From positions 372,001 to 436,000 of the forward strand of contig NZ_JABEZU010000001.1 of the NCBI RefSeq assembly GCF_013149785.1: a DNA stretch of 64,000 nt. The letters are read 5' to 3'. The notes beneath the pieces are model-generated. The model was not told the origin of the DNA. It saw nothing but the letters and a program-made list of their open reading frames with translations, and did no database searches. This document shows positions 40,109 through 48,632 of this stretch, piece by piece; the first letter of the stretch is position 1; each line of letters starts with the position of its first letter. A program made the position numbers and the translations under genes. The DNA is from Isoptericola halotolerans (GTDB lineage Bacteria; Actinomycetota; Actinomycetes; Actinomycetales; Cellulomonadaceae).

Positions 40109-41545
40109 ATGACCACGCTCACCGAGCACCCCGCCTGTCCGGGCACGGACGCCACCGTCGCGGACCTCGCCCCGCTGCTGCCCGTCGTCGGGCACGAGAC
40201 GCTCGCCCCCCTCGTCGACGGCCGGCGCGTGCCGTACGCGAACCTCGACGTCGCCGCCTCGGCCCCGGCGCTGCAGGCCGTCGCCGACCGCATCACCCGC
40301 ACGCTGCCGCTGTACGCCTCCGTGCACCGCGGCGCCGGCTACCTCTCGCAGGTCTCCACCTCCCTCTACGAGGCGGCGCGACGCACGATCGGTGCGTTCG
40401 TCGGTGCCCGCGAGGACGACGCGACGCTCATCGTGCGCAACACCACCGACGCGCTCAACCTGCTCGCCGGTTGCCTCCCGACCTCCGACGACGGTGCCCC
40501 CGGCCGCGTCCTCGTCCTCGACGTCGAGCACCACGCGAACTTCCTGCCCTGGCAGCGCGGCGCCGACGCCACCGTGCTGACCGGCCGGGCCACGGCCGCC
40601 GAGACGGTCGTCGCGCTGCGTGACGAGCTGACCGCGGGTGCCACGTCCGGGCGGCCCTACGCGCTGCTCGCCCTGACCGGTGCCTCGAACGTCACCGGCG
40701 AGGTGCTGCCGGTCGCCGACATCGTGGCAGCGGCCCACGCCGTCGGCACGCGCGTGCTCCTCGACGGGGCCCAGCTCGTGCCGCACCGCCGCTTCTCCCT
40801 GGCCGGGACCGGCGTCGACTACCTGGCCTTCTCCGGGCACAAGACGTACGCGCCGTTCGGCGCCGGGGTGCTCGTCGGCCGGCGCGACTGGCTCGACGCC
40901 GGCACCCCCTACCTGGCCGGCGGCGGCGCCGTGCGCAGCGTGCGCGTGGACGGCACCGAGTGGCACGACGGCCCCGCCCGGCACGAGGCCGGCTCGCCGA
41001 ACGTGCTCGGCGCCGTGGCGCTCGCGGCCGCCTGCGAGGCGCTCGCCGACGTCGACGGCGAGACGTTGCGCGAGCACGAGAACGTGCTGCGCGGCCGCCT
41101 GGTGGCCGGGCTCGAGACGATCGACGGTGTGGAGATCGTGCGGCTGTGGCCCGACGCGGCCGACGCCGTCGGGGTCGTGACGTTCACCGTCGACGGCTAC
41201 GAGCCGGGTCACGTCGCGGCCTACCTGTCCGCCGAGCACGGCGTCGGGGTGCGGGACGGCCGGTTCTGCGCGCACCCGCTGCTCTCCCGCCTGGGGTACG
41301 GCGCCGGCGCGGTCCGCTCGTCGGTCGGGGTCGGCACGGCCGGCGAGGAGGTCGAGCGGCTCGTGGCCGCGGTCCGGACCCTCGTGACCGAGGGGCCCCG
41401 GGCGCGCTACGACGTCGTCGACGGCCTGTGGATCGTGGTGGACGACCCGCGCCCGGTGCCGGAGGGCTCCGGCCTCGAGGGGCTGCTGGCCACCGCCGGC
41501 CCGGGCCGCGACGAGGCCTTCGGCTGCCTGCCCGAGGACGCCTGA
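40109..41545 (+). CDS. class V PLP aminotransferase, cysteine desulfurase (SufS-like)
   Basis: YASVHRG, EHHAN, ASNVTG, DGAQ, FSGHK, EAGSPN, VRDGRFCAHP catalytic Cys motif. Confidence 0.85.
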   Translation: MTTLTEHPACPGTDATVADLAPLLPVVGHETLAPLVDGRRVPYANLDVAASAPALQAVADRITRTLPLYASVHRGAGYLSQVSTSLYEAARRTIGAFVGAREDDATLIVRNTTDALNLLAGCLPTSDDGAPGRVLVLDVEHHANFLPWQRGADATVLTGRATAAETVVALRDELTAGATSGRPYALLALTGASNVTGEVLPVADIVAAAHAVGTRVLLDGAQLVPHRRFSLAGTGVDYLAFSGHKTYAPFGAGVLVGRRDWLDAGTPYLAGGGAVRSVRVDGTEWHDGPARHEAGSPNVLGAVALAAACEALADVDGETLREHENVLRGRLVAGLETIDGVEIVRLWPDAADAVGVVTFTVDGYEPGHVAAYLSAEHGVGVRDGRFCAHPLLSRLGYGAGAVRSSVGVGTAGEEVERLVAAVRTLVTEGPRARYDVVDGLWIVVDDPRPVPEGSGLEGLLATAGPGRDEAFGCLPEDA

Positions 41546-41560
41546 CCCTCCGATCTCGCG

Positions 41561-42031
41561 TCAGCGGGGGGCGAGTGCCGCGCGCACCTCGTCCGCCGAG
41601 AAGCTCGACACGGGCAGGGCAGAGGTGCGGGCCGAGCGCACCGCTCCGCCGTCGTCGACCACGAACGTGCCGCTGTGCTGCAGCAGGGCGATCTTCTGCA
41701 GTCCCACGTCGGAGTGGTCGCCGGTGGCCCAGACCTCGGCCAGCGGTGCCCGGCGCGCCGCGCGCCCGGCGGCCGTGGCGGCCTCGGGGGAGGACCCGGG
41801 GGCCAGGAGCAGGAACGCCGCGCCGTGCAGCTCCCCGGCGTCGTGCATGCGCTGGACCGTGGCCGCGTGCGCGAGGCAGACCGGGCACGTCGCCGAGCGC
41901 ATGAAGTGCACGACGGCGGGGCGCCCGGCCAGCACGTCGGCGAGCGTGCGTCGCTGCCCGTCGGGAGCGACGAGCCCCAGCGGCGGCAGGGTGGTGCCCA
42001 GGGCGGGGTGGTGCGAGGCGTCGATGCTCAT
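41561..42031 (-). CDS. AhpC/TSA-like redoxin
   Basis: FMRSATCPVC (CxxC), GTFVVD..G.VR. Confidence 0.72.
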   Translation of the reverse strand: MSIDASHHPALGTTLPPLGLVAPDGQRRTLADVLAGRPAVVHFMRSATCPVCLAHAATVQRMHDAGELHGAAFLLLAPGSSPEAATAAGRAARRAPLAEVWATGDHSDVGLQKIALLQHSGTFVVDDGGAVRSARTSALPVSSFSADEVRAALAPR

Positions 42032-42063
42032 CGGGGTCCTCCGTCGTAGACTGGAGCCTTATC

Positions 42064-42098
42064 GTCAATCGGCTTGCGCATATTGTCAAGGGAGTTGC
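42064..42098. promoter_or_regulatory. two GTCAA-N5-TTGC boxes, probable MarR operators
   Basis: GTCAATCGGCTTGC (42064) and GTCAAGGGAGTTGC (42085), 21 bp apart, between divergent redoxin and MarR genes. Confidence 0.55.
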
Positions 42099-42103
42099 CT
42101 AGT

Positions 42104-42574
42104 TTGTACGACGAGACGCTCGCCCGGCTGGCCGCCGGTGCCCGCGACGACCTGGGCTTCCTCCTGCTGACCGCGGCCGACGCCGTCGTCGCGGCAACCC
42201 TCGCGGAGGTGGCCGGCCAGGGGTACCCGCAGATCCGCCGCGTCCACGTGCCCGTCTTCGTGCACCTGGACCCCGACGGCACCACGATCAGCACCCTCGC
42301 CGCCCGAGCGGGCGTGACGCGGCAGGCGATGACCGGCGTCGTGCGCGAGCTCGAGGAGGAAGGGTTCGTGAGCACCGCGCCCGACCCCGAGGACCGGCGC
42401 GCGCGGCGGGTGTCCCTCACGGCCTCGGGCGCCGAGTACTGCCGGGCCGCGACCGCCGCCAGCGAGCGGCTCAGCGCCCGGTGGGCCGACCGCCTCGGTC
42501 CGGAGGCGGTGGACGTGCTGCGCGACCAGCTCCGTCAGCTCGCGGCCGGGTCGTCGCCGACCGTCCCCGACTGA
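42104..42574 (+). CDS. MarR-family regulator
   Basis: TISTLAARAGVTRQAM...ELEEEGFV..PDPEDRRARRVSLT; TTG start uncertain. Confidence 0.85.
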   Translation: MYDETLARLAAGARDDLGFLLLTAADAVVAATLAEVAGQGYPQIRRVHVPVFVHLDPDGTTISTLAARAGVTRQAMTGVVRELEEEGFVSTAPDPEDRRARRVSLTASGAEYCRAATAASERLSARWADRLGPEAVDVLRDQLRQLAAGSSPTVPD

Positions 42575-42588
42575 GCGGGCCGGCGGGG

Positions 42589-44037
42589 TCACCAGGTCGG
42601 CGGGCGTCGCTCCGGCCAGCGCAGCACGTCCTCGAGCTGGGCCGCCAGGGCCAGGAGCGTGAGCTCGCCGCCCGCGCGACCGATGATCTGGACGCCCATC
42701 GGCAGGCCGTCCTGCGTCCAGTGCGTCGGGACGGTGATCGCCGGCAGCCCGGCCACGTTGAGCCAGGACGTGAAGGGCGTGTACTGGCACTGCTGGGCGA
42801 AGTTGCGGTCCGGGTCCTCGGCGTCGAACCAGCCGACCGGCCGCGGCGTCATCGCCAGCGCCGGGGTGATGACGGCATCCAGGGAACCGAGCCCGGCGAT
42901 GATCCGCCGCTCGAACGCGGACAGCACCCGCAGTGCCTCGACCAGCTCGCGTGCCGGCACCTCGCGACCCCGACGGACCAGCCAGGCGGTCAGCGGCTCG
43001 AGCTGCTCCAACGCCGCGGGGTCGTCGATCGGGACCGCAGACGCCCCGGCCATCCACAGGCTGCGGAAGGCGTCCCCGTACTCCGGCGCCGGGTCCCAGA
43101 CATGGTCCGCGAGCTCGTGACCCAGCCCGGCCAGCGCCGCCACCCCTGCCTCCAGGGCCGCCGTCGCGTCCGGGGCGACGGTGATGTCGTAGTAGTCGTC
43201 CCAGGCCGACCAGGTGCTGACGCCGAGCCGGAACCGGCCGCCGTCCTCATCCCGCCCCGCGACCTCGCCGCGCTGCGCCGCAGCAAGGTAGGCCCCGGCG
43301 TGCTCGGCCGGGGTGCGCAGCGTGAACGGGCGCCGCACCGCGCCGCCGGGGTCGCGGGCGAGCATGCCCTCCAGGAGCAGCGCGGTGTCCGCCGTGGTGC
43401 GGGCGAGCGGGCCGTTGGTGACCAGCCCGCCCGCCGACTCCACCCCCGATCCCGACGGCAGCAGCCCCCGCGAGGGCTTCAGCCCGACCACTCCGCAGGC
43501 CGCGGCCGGGATGCGCACCGACCCGCCGCCGTCGGACCCCGGGGCGAAGGGCAGCATCCCGGCCGCCACCGCGACGGCCGCGCCACCGCTCGACCCACCC
43601 GCTCCGCGTCCCAGATCCCACGGGTTGCGCGCGACCGGTCCGGCGAGCGGCTCGGTGTAGGCGGGAAACCCGAGCTCGGGGGCGGTGGTGCGGCCCAGGC
43701 TGACGCTGCCGGCGGCGTCGAGGTCGAGCACCACGCCGTCGGAGACCTCCGGGACGAACCCGGCCAGGGCCCGCGAACCGAACGCGGTCGGTACGCCGGC
43801 GCGCGCGAAGAGGTCCTTGTCCGCGGTCGGCAGGCCCCACAGGGTGCCCGACGGCGGGCCGAGGGTCGCGGCGCGCTCGCGCGCCAGCTCGGGAGTCACC
43901 AGGGAGAACGCGCCGAGCTCGGCGTTGCGGGCCGCGATGCGCGCCAGGAAGTGCTCGGTCGCCTCGGCGGGTGTGAGCTCGCCGGCCCGGAGCCGGTCGC
44001 GGAGCTCGACGGCGGTCAGCTCGTGCAGGGCATCCAT
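42589..44037 (-). CDS. amidase signature family enzyme
   Basis: KD, GGSSGG, GSDGGGSVRIPAAACG, GLKPSRG, GLPMGVQ. Confidence 0.92.
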   Translation of the reverse strand: MDALHELTAVELRDRLRAGELTPAEATEHFLARIAARNAELGAFSLVTPELARERAATLGPPSGTLWGLPTADKDLFARAGVPTAFGSRALAGFVPEVSDGVVLDLDAAGSVSLGRTTAPELGFPAYTEPLAGPVARNPWDLGRGAGGSSGGAAVAVAAGMLPFAPGSDGGGSVRIPAAACGVVGLKPSRGLLPSGSGVESAGGLVTNGPLARTTADTALLLEGMLARDPGGAVRRPFTLRTPAEHAGAYLAAAQRGEVAGRDEDGGRFRLGVSTWSAWDDYYDITVAPDATAALEAGVAALAGLGHELADHVWDPAPEYGDAFRSLWMAGASAVPIDDPAALEQLEPLTAWLVRRGREVPARELVEALRVLSAFERRIIAGLGSLDAVITPALAMTPRPVGWFDAEDPDRNFAQQCQYTPFTSWLNVAGLPAITVPTHWTQDGLPMGVQIIGRAGGELTLLALAAQLEDVLRWPERRPPTW

Positions 44038-44055
44038 GCCCCGACCCTACGACGG

Positions 44056-44117
44056 TGCCGAGCAGGAGGTTGGGCCCGCATTGACGGCCCAAAGCGGGCG
44101 CAACCTCCTGCTCGGCA
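44056..44117. repeat. inverted repeat / terminator downstream of the MaoC gene
   Basis: TGCCGAGCAGGAGGTTG ... CAACCTCCTGCTCGGCA, 17-bp perfect arms. Confidence 0.65.
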
Positions 44118-44120
44118 GCC

Positions 44121-45110
44121 TCACAGGGGTGTGACCGTCCCGCAGAAGTGCTGCAGCCGCCGGCGTCCGTTCCACCCGACGTAGGCGAACCCGTCCGTCT
44201 CCGGGGTGATCGCCACGTCCACCGTCCCGGGCAGCAGCACCGGTTTGGCGAACTCCACCGTCCAGCGGTAGGCGTCGCCGCGCACGTGCCCGACGTCGGC
44301 CAGCGCGCGGGCGGCGGTGTACATGCCGTGGGCGATCGCCCGGGGGAAGCCGAAGGCCTTCGCGGACAGGGCCGACAGGTGGATGGGGTTGCGGTCGCCC
44401 GACACCGCGCCGTACGCGCGGCCGGTGCCGGGACCCAGCGCCCAGCGGCCGGTGGGCAACGGAGGGTGCCAGTCGGCGCGGGGTGACTCGTCGCCGGTCG
44501 GCGCGTCCGGGAGCTCGAAGCCCTTGGCGAGATAGGTCGACACCCCCCGCCAGGAAGGCTGCCCGCCGTCGGCCCCGCTCTCCGCCCAGACCTCGGACAC
44601 CAGGTCCACCTGCACGCCGCGCCGGTGGGGGCGCAGGTTCTCCGCCCACGCCCGCACCTCGAGGACGTCGCCGACCCGTACCGGCCCGCGCAGCTCGACG
44701 GCGTTGGCCAGGTGCACCATCCCCAGCAGCGGCAGGGGGAAGTCGCCGCGCACCATGACGGCCGTCGCCAGCGGGAACGCCAGCACGTGCAGGTACCCGG
44801 CGGGCAACGTGTCGCCGACCGGTTCGTGCAGCAGGCGTTGGTACTCGTGGAGGTGCCGGGCGAGGCCGGTGGTCGTCACACCCGGGACGCGGTAGGCGAC
44901 CTCGGGCAGGGCGAGGTCGGTCGCGGCACCGGGGTCGTGGTCCGAGCGACCGGAACCGATGCCCGGCAGCCCCGGCAGGGCGCGCCCGGCAGCGATCCGG
45001 CCCGACGCCGCGGCGCCCCGTGCGTAGAGGCCGCCGAGCCCGGGGAGGCTCGGCTGGGTCTCGACGTGCAGGGCGGTGCCGTCGCCGGTCCGCAGCGGCT
45101 CGGCGGTCAC
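44121..45110 (-). CDS. MaoC-like double hot-dog acyl dehydratase (HtdX-like)
   Basis: YGAVSGDRNPIH, FGFPRAIAHGM, LLGMVH, FAKPVLLP. Confidence 0.87.
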   Translation of the reverse strand: MTAEPLRTGDGTALHVETQPSLPGLGGLYARGAAASGRIAAGRALPGLPGIGSGRSDHDPGAATDLALPEVAYRVPGVTTTGLARHLHEYQRLLHEPVGDTLPAGYLHVLAFPLATAVMVRGDFPLPLLGMVHLANAVELRGPVRVGDVLEVRAWAENLRPHRRGVQVDLVSEVWAESGADGGQPSWRGVSTYLAKGFELPDAPTGDESPRADWHPPLPTGRWALGPGTGRAYGAVSGDRNPIHLSALSAKAFGFPRAIAHGMYTAARALADVGHVRGDAYRWTVEFAKPVLLPGTVDVAITPETDGFAYVGWNGRRRLQHFCGTVTPL

Positions 45111-46456
45111 TGGCCCACCAGGTGCTGCCCGCAGACCCGCAGCACCTGTCCGTTGACCCCCGCGGCGGCCGGGGAGGCCAGGAACGCGATCGCCTCGGCG
45201 ACGTCGACCGGCCGTCCGCCCTGCGCGAGGGTCGGCAGCCGGCGGGCCACCTCGCGGGTGGCGAACGGGATGCGGGACGTCATCTCGGTCTCGATGAAGC
45301 CGGGGGCGACGGCGTTGGCGGCGCCCCCGCTCGACGCGAGCAGACCCGCGGTGGCCCGGGTGTGCCCGATGACGCCTGCCTTGGAGAACCCGTAGTTCGT
45401 CTGCCCCTTGTTCCCCGCGATGCCGGACGTCGAGGCGAGCGACACGATGCGCAGCCCTTCGATCCCGGCGGCGAGCAACGTCTCGTTGATCCGCAGCTGC
45501 GCGGCGAGGTTCACGGCGACCACCGAGTCCCACTGCGCCGACTTCATGTTCGCCAGCAGCTTGTCCCGCGTGATCCCGGCGTTGTGCACGACGACGTCGA
45601 GGCGACCGTGGCGCTCGCGGGCATGAGCGAGGATGCGCTCCCCGGCGTCGTCCGTCGTGACGTCGAGCTGCAGCGCGGTGCCGCCGACGGCGTTCGCGGT
45701 GGCGGCCAGCGCCTCCCCGGCGGCGGGGACGTCCACGCAGACCACCGTGGCACCGTCGCGGGCCAGGACCTTGGCGATCGACGCGCCGATGCCGCGGGCG
45801 GCACCGGTCACGACGGCCACCTCGCCCTCCAGCGGGCGGCGGCCGGTCGTCTCGGACCCCGTGGTGGCGTCGGTGGGCCCGACGCGCAGGAGCTGGCCGT
45901 CGACGTACGCGCTCCTGGCCGACAGGAAGAAGCGCAAGGTCGCGAGCGCCGACGTCGAGTCCACGCCGGCGCCGTCGGTGAGCACCACGCCGTTGCCGGT
46001 GGCTCCGGCGCGCAGCTCCTTGGCGACCGAGCGCAGGAACCCGTCGACGCCGTTGCGGGTGGCGGCCAGCGCGGGGGAGTCGCCGTCGGCGGGGGCGCGG
46101 GACACGGTGACGACGCGCCCGTTGCCGGCCAGCCGCCGCAGCACGGAGCCGGCGGCGAGGACGGTCTCGGCGACGTCGGTGGGTGCGGCGGCCTCGGTGA
46201 GCACCAGGACGACGGCGCCCCAGCGGACGTCGTCGGTGGGCTGGCGGCGGACGTCGAGGTCCCAGCCGAGGAGCGCCTGGGCGAGCGCGTCGGCGTCACC
46301 CTTCGAGGCGCCGTCGGACAGCACGAGGACAGGGCCGACGGTGAGCGGGTCGCCGGCGCGGTACCGGCGCAGGATCGCCGGGCGCGGCAGGCCCAGCTTC
46401 TTGGCGAGGGTCTTGGTGAACCCGGAGTTGACGGCCTGGGTGTAGCGGTCGGTCAT
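45107..46456 (-). CDS. fabG: high-molecular-weight 3-oxoacyl reductase (FabG4-like)
   Basis: N-terminal extra domain, TGAARGIG, HNAGITRDK, NYGFSK, APGFIET, RVCGQ. Confidence 0.88.
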   Translation of the reverse strand: MTDRYTQAVNSGFTKTLAKKLGLPRPAILRRYRAGDPLTVGPVLVLSDGASKGDADALAQALLGWDLDVRRQPTDDVRWGAVVLVLTEAAAPTDVAETVLAAGSVLRRLAGNGRVVTVSRAPADGDSPALAATRNGVDGFLRSVAKELRAGATGNGVVLTDGAGVDSTSALATLRFFLSARSAYVDGQLLRVGPTDATTGSETTGRRPLEGEVAVVTGAARGIGASIAKVLARDGATVVCVDVPAAGEALAATANAVGGTALQLDVTTDDAGERILAHARERHGRLDVVVHNAGITRDKLLANMKSAQWDSVVAVNLAAQLRINETLLAAGIEGLRIVSLASTSGIAGNKGQTNYGFSKAGVIGHTRATAGLLASSGGAANAVAPGFIETEMTSRIPFATREVARRLPTLAQGGRPVDVAEAIAFLASPAAAGVNGQVLRVCGQHLVGQ

Positions 46457-46472
46457 CGGTTTCCTTCCCGGC

Positions 46473-47816
46473 TCAGACGGACTCGACGATGGCGGTGGCC
46501 CCGAGGCCGCCGGCGGCGCAGACGGAGATCAGGGCGCGGGCGGGCTCGCCCGTCTCGGCGGCGCGCTGCGCGACGAGCTTGGCGGCGGTGGCGACGATCC
46601 GGCCGCCGGTGGCGGCGAACGGGTGGCCGGCGGCCAGCGAGGAGCCGTTGACGTTGACCTTGCTGCGGTCGACGGTGCCGAACGCCCCGGCGAGGCCGAG
46701 CTCGTTCTTGCCGTAGTCGGCGTCCTCCCAGGCGGCCAGCGTGGTCAGCACGGTGGAGGCGAAGGCCTCGTGGATCTCGAAGAAGTCGAAGTCGTCGAAC
46801 GACAGCCCGTTGCGGGCCAGGAGCCGCGGCACGGCGTGCGCCGGCGCCATGAGCAGGCCTTCGTGGCCGTGCACGAAGTCGACGGCGGCGGTCTCGGCGT
46901 CGACGAACCGGGCGAGCACGGGCAGGTCGTGGGACTCGGCCCACTCGCGCGAGCCGAGCAGCACGGTGGAGGCGCCGTCGGTCAGGGGGGTGGAGTTGCC
47001 GGCGGTCATGGTGGCGGGCGTCTCGAGGGACCGGCCGAACACCGGCTTGAGGCTCGCGAGCTTCTCGATCGAGGTGTCCGCGCGGAGGTTGTCGTCGCGG
47101 GTCAGGCCGCGGAACGGGGTGACGAGGTCGTCGAAGAACCCGGACTCCCACGCGGCGGCGAGGTGCTGGTGGCTGGCGAGCGCGATCTCGTCCTGCGCCT
47201 CGCGGGAGATCTCCCAGCGGGCGGTGGTGATCGCCTGGTGCTCGCCCATGGACAGGCCGGTGCGCGGTTCGTCGGTGGCGGGGGCCATCGGCTTGAGGTC
47301 GCCGGGGCGGATCGTGGCGAGCGCCTTGGCGCGGGCCTGCCAGGTCTTGGCGTGCTGGGCCTCGAGCAGCGCGCGGCGCAGGCCCTCGCTGACGGCGATG
47401 GGAGCGTCGGACACGGTGTCGGTGCCGCCGGCGACGCCGGAGTCGATCTGGCCGAGCCGGATCTTGTTGGCGACGTTGATGGTCGCCTCGAGGCCGGTGG
47501 CGCAGGCCTGCTGGAGATCGAAGGCGGGGGTGGTGGGCGACAGGGAGGAGCCGAGGACGGACTCGCGGACGAGGTTGAAGTCGCGCGAGTGCTTGAGGAC
47601 GGCGCCGCCGACGACCTCGCCGAGGCGTTCGCCCTGCAGGCCGAAGCGGGCGACGAGGCCCTCGAGCGCTGCGGTGAACATCTCCTGGTTCGAGGCGTCG
47701 GCGTACTTCTTGCCGGCGCGGGAGAACGGGATGCGGTTGCCGCCGACGACGACGGCGTCGCGGACGTCCGGCCGGGCGCCGGCCGCGGGGGCGGGGGTCT
47801 GCTGGCGAGTAGCCAC
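46473..47816 (-). CDS. acetyl-CoA C-acyltransferase (thiolase, FadA2-like)
   Basis: GGNRIPF, QQACATG, NSTPLTDGAS, HEAFA, GHPFAATG, CAAGG. Confidence 0.92.
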   Translation of the reverse strand: MATRQQTPAPAAGARPDVRDAVVVGGNRIPFSRAGKKYADASNQEMFTAALEGLVARFGLQGERLGEVVGGAVLKHSRDFNLVRESVLGSSLSPTTPAFDLQQACATGLEATINVANKIRLGQIDSGVAGGTDTVSDAPIAVSEGLRRALLEAQHAKTWQARAKALATIRPGDLKPMAPATDEPRTGLSMGEHQAITTARWEISREAQDEIALASHQHLAAAWESGFFDDLVTPFRGLTRDDNLRADTSIEKLASLKPVFGRSLETPATMTAGNSTPLTDGASTVLLGSREWAESHDLPVLARFVDAETAAVDFVHGHEGLLMAPAHAVPRLLARNGLSFDDFDFFEIHEAFASTVLTTLAAWEDADYGKNELGLAGAFGTVDRSKVNVNGSSLAAGHPFAATGGRIVATAAKLVAQRAAETGEPARALISVCAAGGLGATAIVESV

Positions 47817-47843
47817 TGCGTGCTTCCTTACACTCCGACGATT

Positions 47844-47867
47844 TCAGGTAGTACTCACAGTACCTGA
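47844..47867. promoter_or_regulatory. palindromic operator between divergent thiolase and TetR genes
   Basis: TCAGGTA-GTACTCACAG-TACCTGA in an AT-rich spacer. Confidence 0.5.
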
Positions 47868-47906
47868 TACTCTGATTCTCGTGAGACGAGTCACAGGGGG
47901 TGGCCG

Positions 47907-48632
47907 ATGACGGTCGCAGCGCAGGGTTCCCAGGCCGGCCCGAGGGCCGACGGCCGCTCGACCCGGTGGGACGACCACCGCGCCCAACGGCGGACCGCGC
48001 TCGTGCGCGACGCACGCCGGGCGATCCACGAGCTCGGCCCGGGCGCGTCGATGGACGAGATCGCCGCCGTCGCCGGAACCTCCAAGTCGATCTTCTACCG
48101 GTACTTCGACGACAAGGCGGGCCTGCGGCTCGCCGTCGCGGAGGCCGTCGTGGCCGGCATGCACCGCAAGCTCGCCGAGGCCGCCCACGAGGCACCCACC
48201 CCGCACGCAGCGCTGCGGGCCATGGTGCGCGTCTACCTGCAGACCATCGAGCGCTCACCCCACGTCTACTGGTTCGTGACCCGCACGGCCATCGGCGGCA
48301 ACGGCCCCGACGACGGCACCTCCGGTCGGGCCGAGGCCCTCGGCGCCTACCTGGACTCGGTCATCACGCTCGTCGCCGAACCGGCGGCCCAGGCCGCCGG
48401 CGTCCCGCAGTCCACGGCGGCCGCCTGGGCCGCCGGGGCGGTCGGGTTCGTGCGGGGCACGGGGGAGTGGTGGCTCGGCCACACCCTCGCCGCGGGCCTG
48501 ACCCGGGACGAGCTCACCGACCAGATCACCACCTGGCTCTGGAACGGACCGGTCGGGGTGCTGCACCACGGCACCGCGGACCGGGCCACCGAGACGACGG
48601 AAACCACCCCCACCGAGAAGCAGGAGTCCTGA
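47907..48632 (+). CDS. TetR-family regulator
   Basis: DGRSTRWDDHR, SMDEIAAVAGTSKSIFYRYFDDK. Confidence 0.9.
   Translation: MTVAAQGSQAGPRADGRSTRWDDHRAQRRTALVRDARRAIHELGPGASMDEIAAVAGTSKSIFYRYFDDKAGLRLAVAEAVVAGMHRKLAEAAHEAPTPHAALRAMVRVYLQTIERSPHVYWFVTRTAIGGNGPDDGTSGRAEALGAYLDSVITLVAEPAAQAAGVPQSTAAAWAAGAVGFVRGTGEWWLGHTLAAGLTRDELTDQITTWLWNGPVGVLHHGTADRATETTETTPTEKQES

Noticed and set aside
39257..41275. 672-aa ORF suggesting a sigma factor with a huge N-terminal extension
   Set aside because: The upstream part is antisense to the desulfurase and the SAM-IV riboswitch; only the last ~200 aa are sigma-like
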